A DNA stretch of 63,967 nt, filler included, from Reticulomyxa filosa (taxonomy: Eukaryota > Protista > Foraminifera), in NCBI GenBank assembly GCA_000512085.1. It is 18 parts of 18 records of this genome, joined end to end, with 100 filler letters (N's around TTAATTAATTAA, not from the genome) between each part and the next. Parts side by side here need not be neighbours in the genome. Positions count along the whole stretch, not along the records: positions 62,960 to 63,967 come from ASPP01005784.1; 17 more parts are not named here. The stretch is one strand, 5' to 3'. The notes beneath the pieces were generated by a model that searched no databases, was not told where the DNA came from, and saw only the letters and a program-made list of their open reading frames with translations. Made by a program: the position numbers and the translations under genes. Numbering within the stretch: position 1 is the first letter of the stretch; every line of letters begins with the position of its first letter. This document shows positions 63,691-63,967 of this stretch, one piece after another.

Positions 63691-63967
63691 TGAAAATTCG
63701 TTGGTTTATTCTAATAAAAAGAGGACAATTAAGAAAAAAAACAAGAAACTATAATTTGTGTTATTTTTTTAAAGGATATGACACAAAGAAAGTACATAAA
63801 TATTATGCAACTTAAAAAAAAAACATGAAAAACATAACTTCATTATTGTTAATGTGTATTGATAATGTTATTCGATAAATAGACTAGTCCAGATAGCAAA
63901 GAATAAGAAGTTACTAATTGTGTTTTTTAAAATTTTTTCTTAATTCGAATTACAAACAAAATATAAA

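Overview
This is not one locus. It is 18 unrelated draft-assembly contigs joined by an artificial 100-nt linker (N44-TTAATTAATTAA-N44). Seventeen contigs are AT-rich eukaryotic DNA with short GT-AG introns (about 65-130 nt). Their gene families (expanded WD40, Kelch, PUB-like, 7TM and RNF213-like proteins) suggest a foraminifer such as Reticulomyxa filosa, which is an inference. One contig (46478-47692) is GC-rich bacterial DNA carrying otsA and a GNAT acetyltransferase. Recognisable genes are a spliced PIWI-clade Argonaute (5' half), a WD40 protein, a Kelch protein, an AIG1/GIMAP-type GTPase, a MATE transporter, dCMP deaminase, an AADAT/KAT-II aminotransferase, an RNF213-like AAA+ ATPase, an ADCY10-like STAND-region/C2 protein, a 7TM protein, cytochrome b5, a ZNF830-like protein, RtcB and an FN3-SPRY protein, plus Tc1, LINE and Kelch relics. 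The three most interesting observations are: (1) a ~35-aa exon-encoded module found at the N-terminus of the WD40 protein and the C-terminus of the adjacent Kelch protein; (2) a PIWI protein with a WW-like domain between its RG repeats and N domain; (3) a MIB/HERC2 + zinc-finger + AIG1 GTPase + CaaX architecture.
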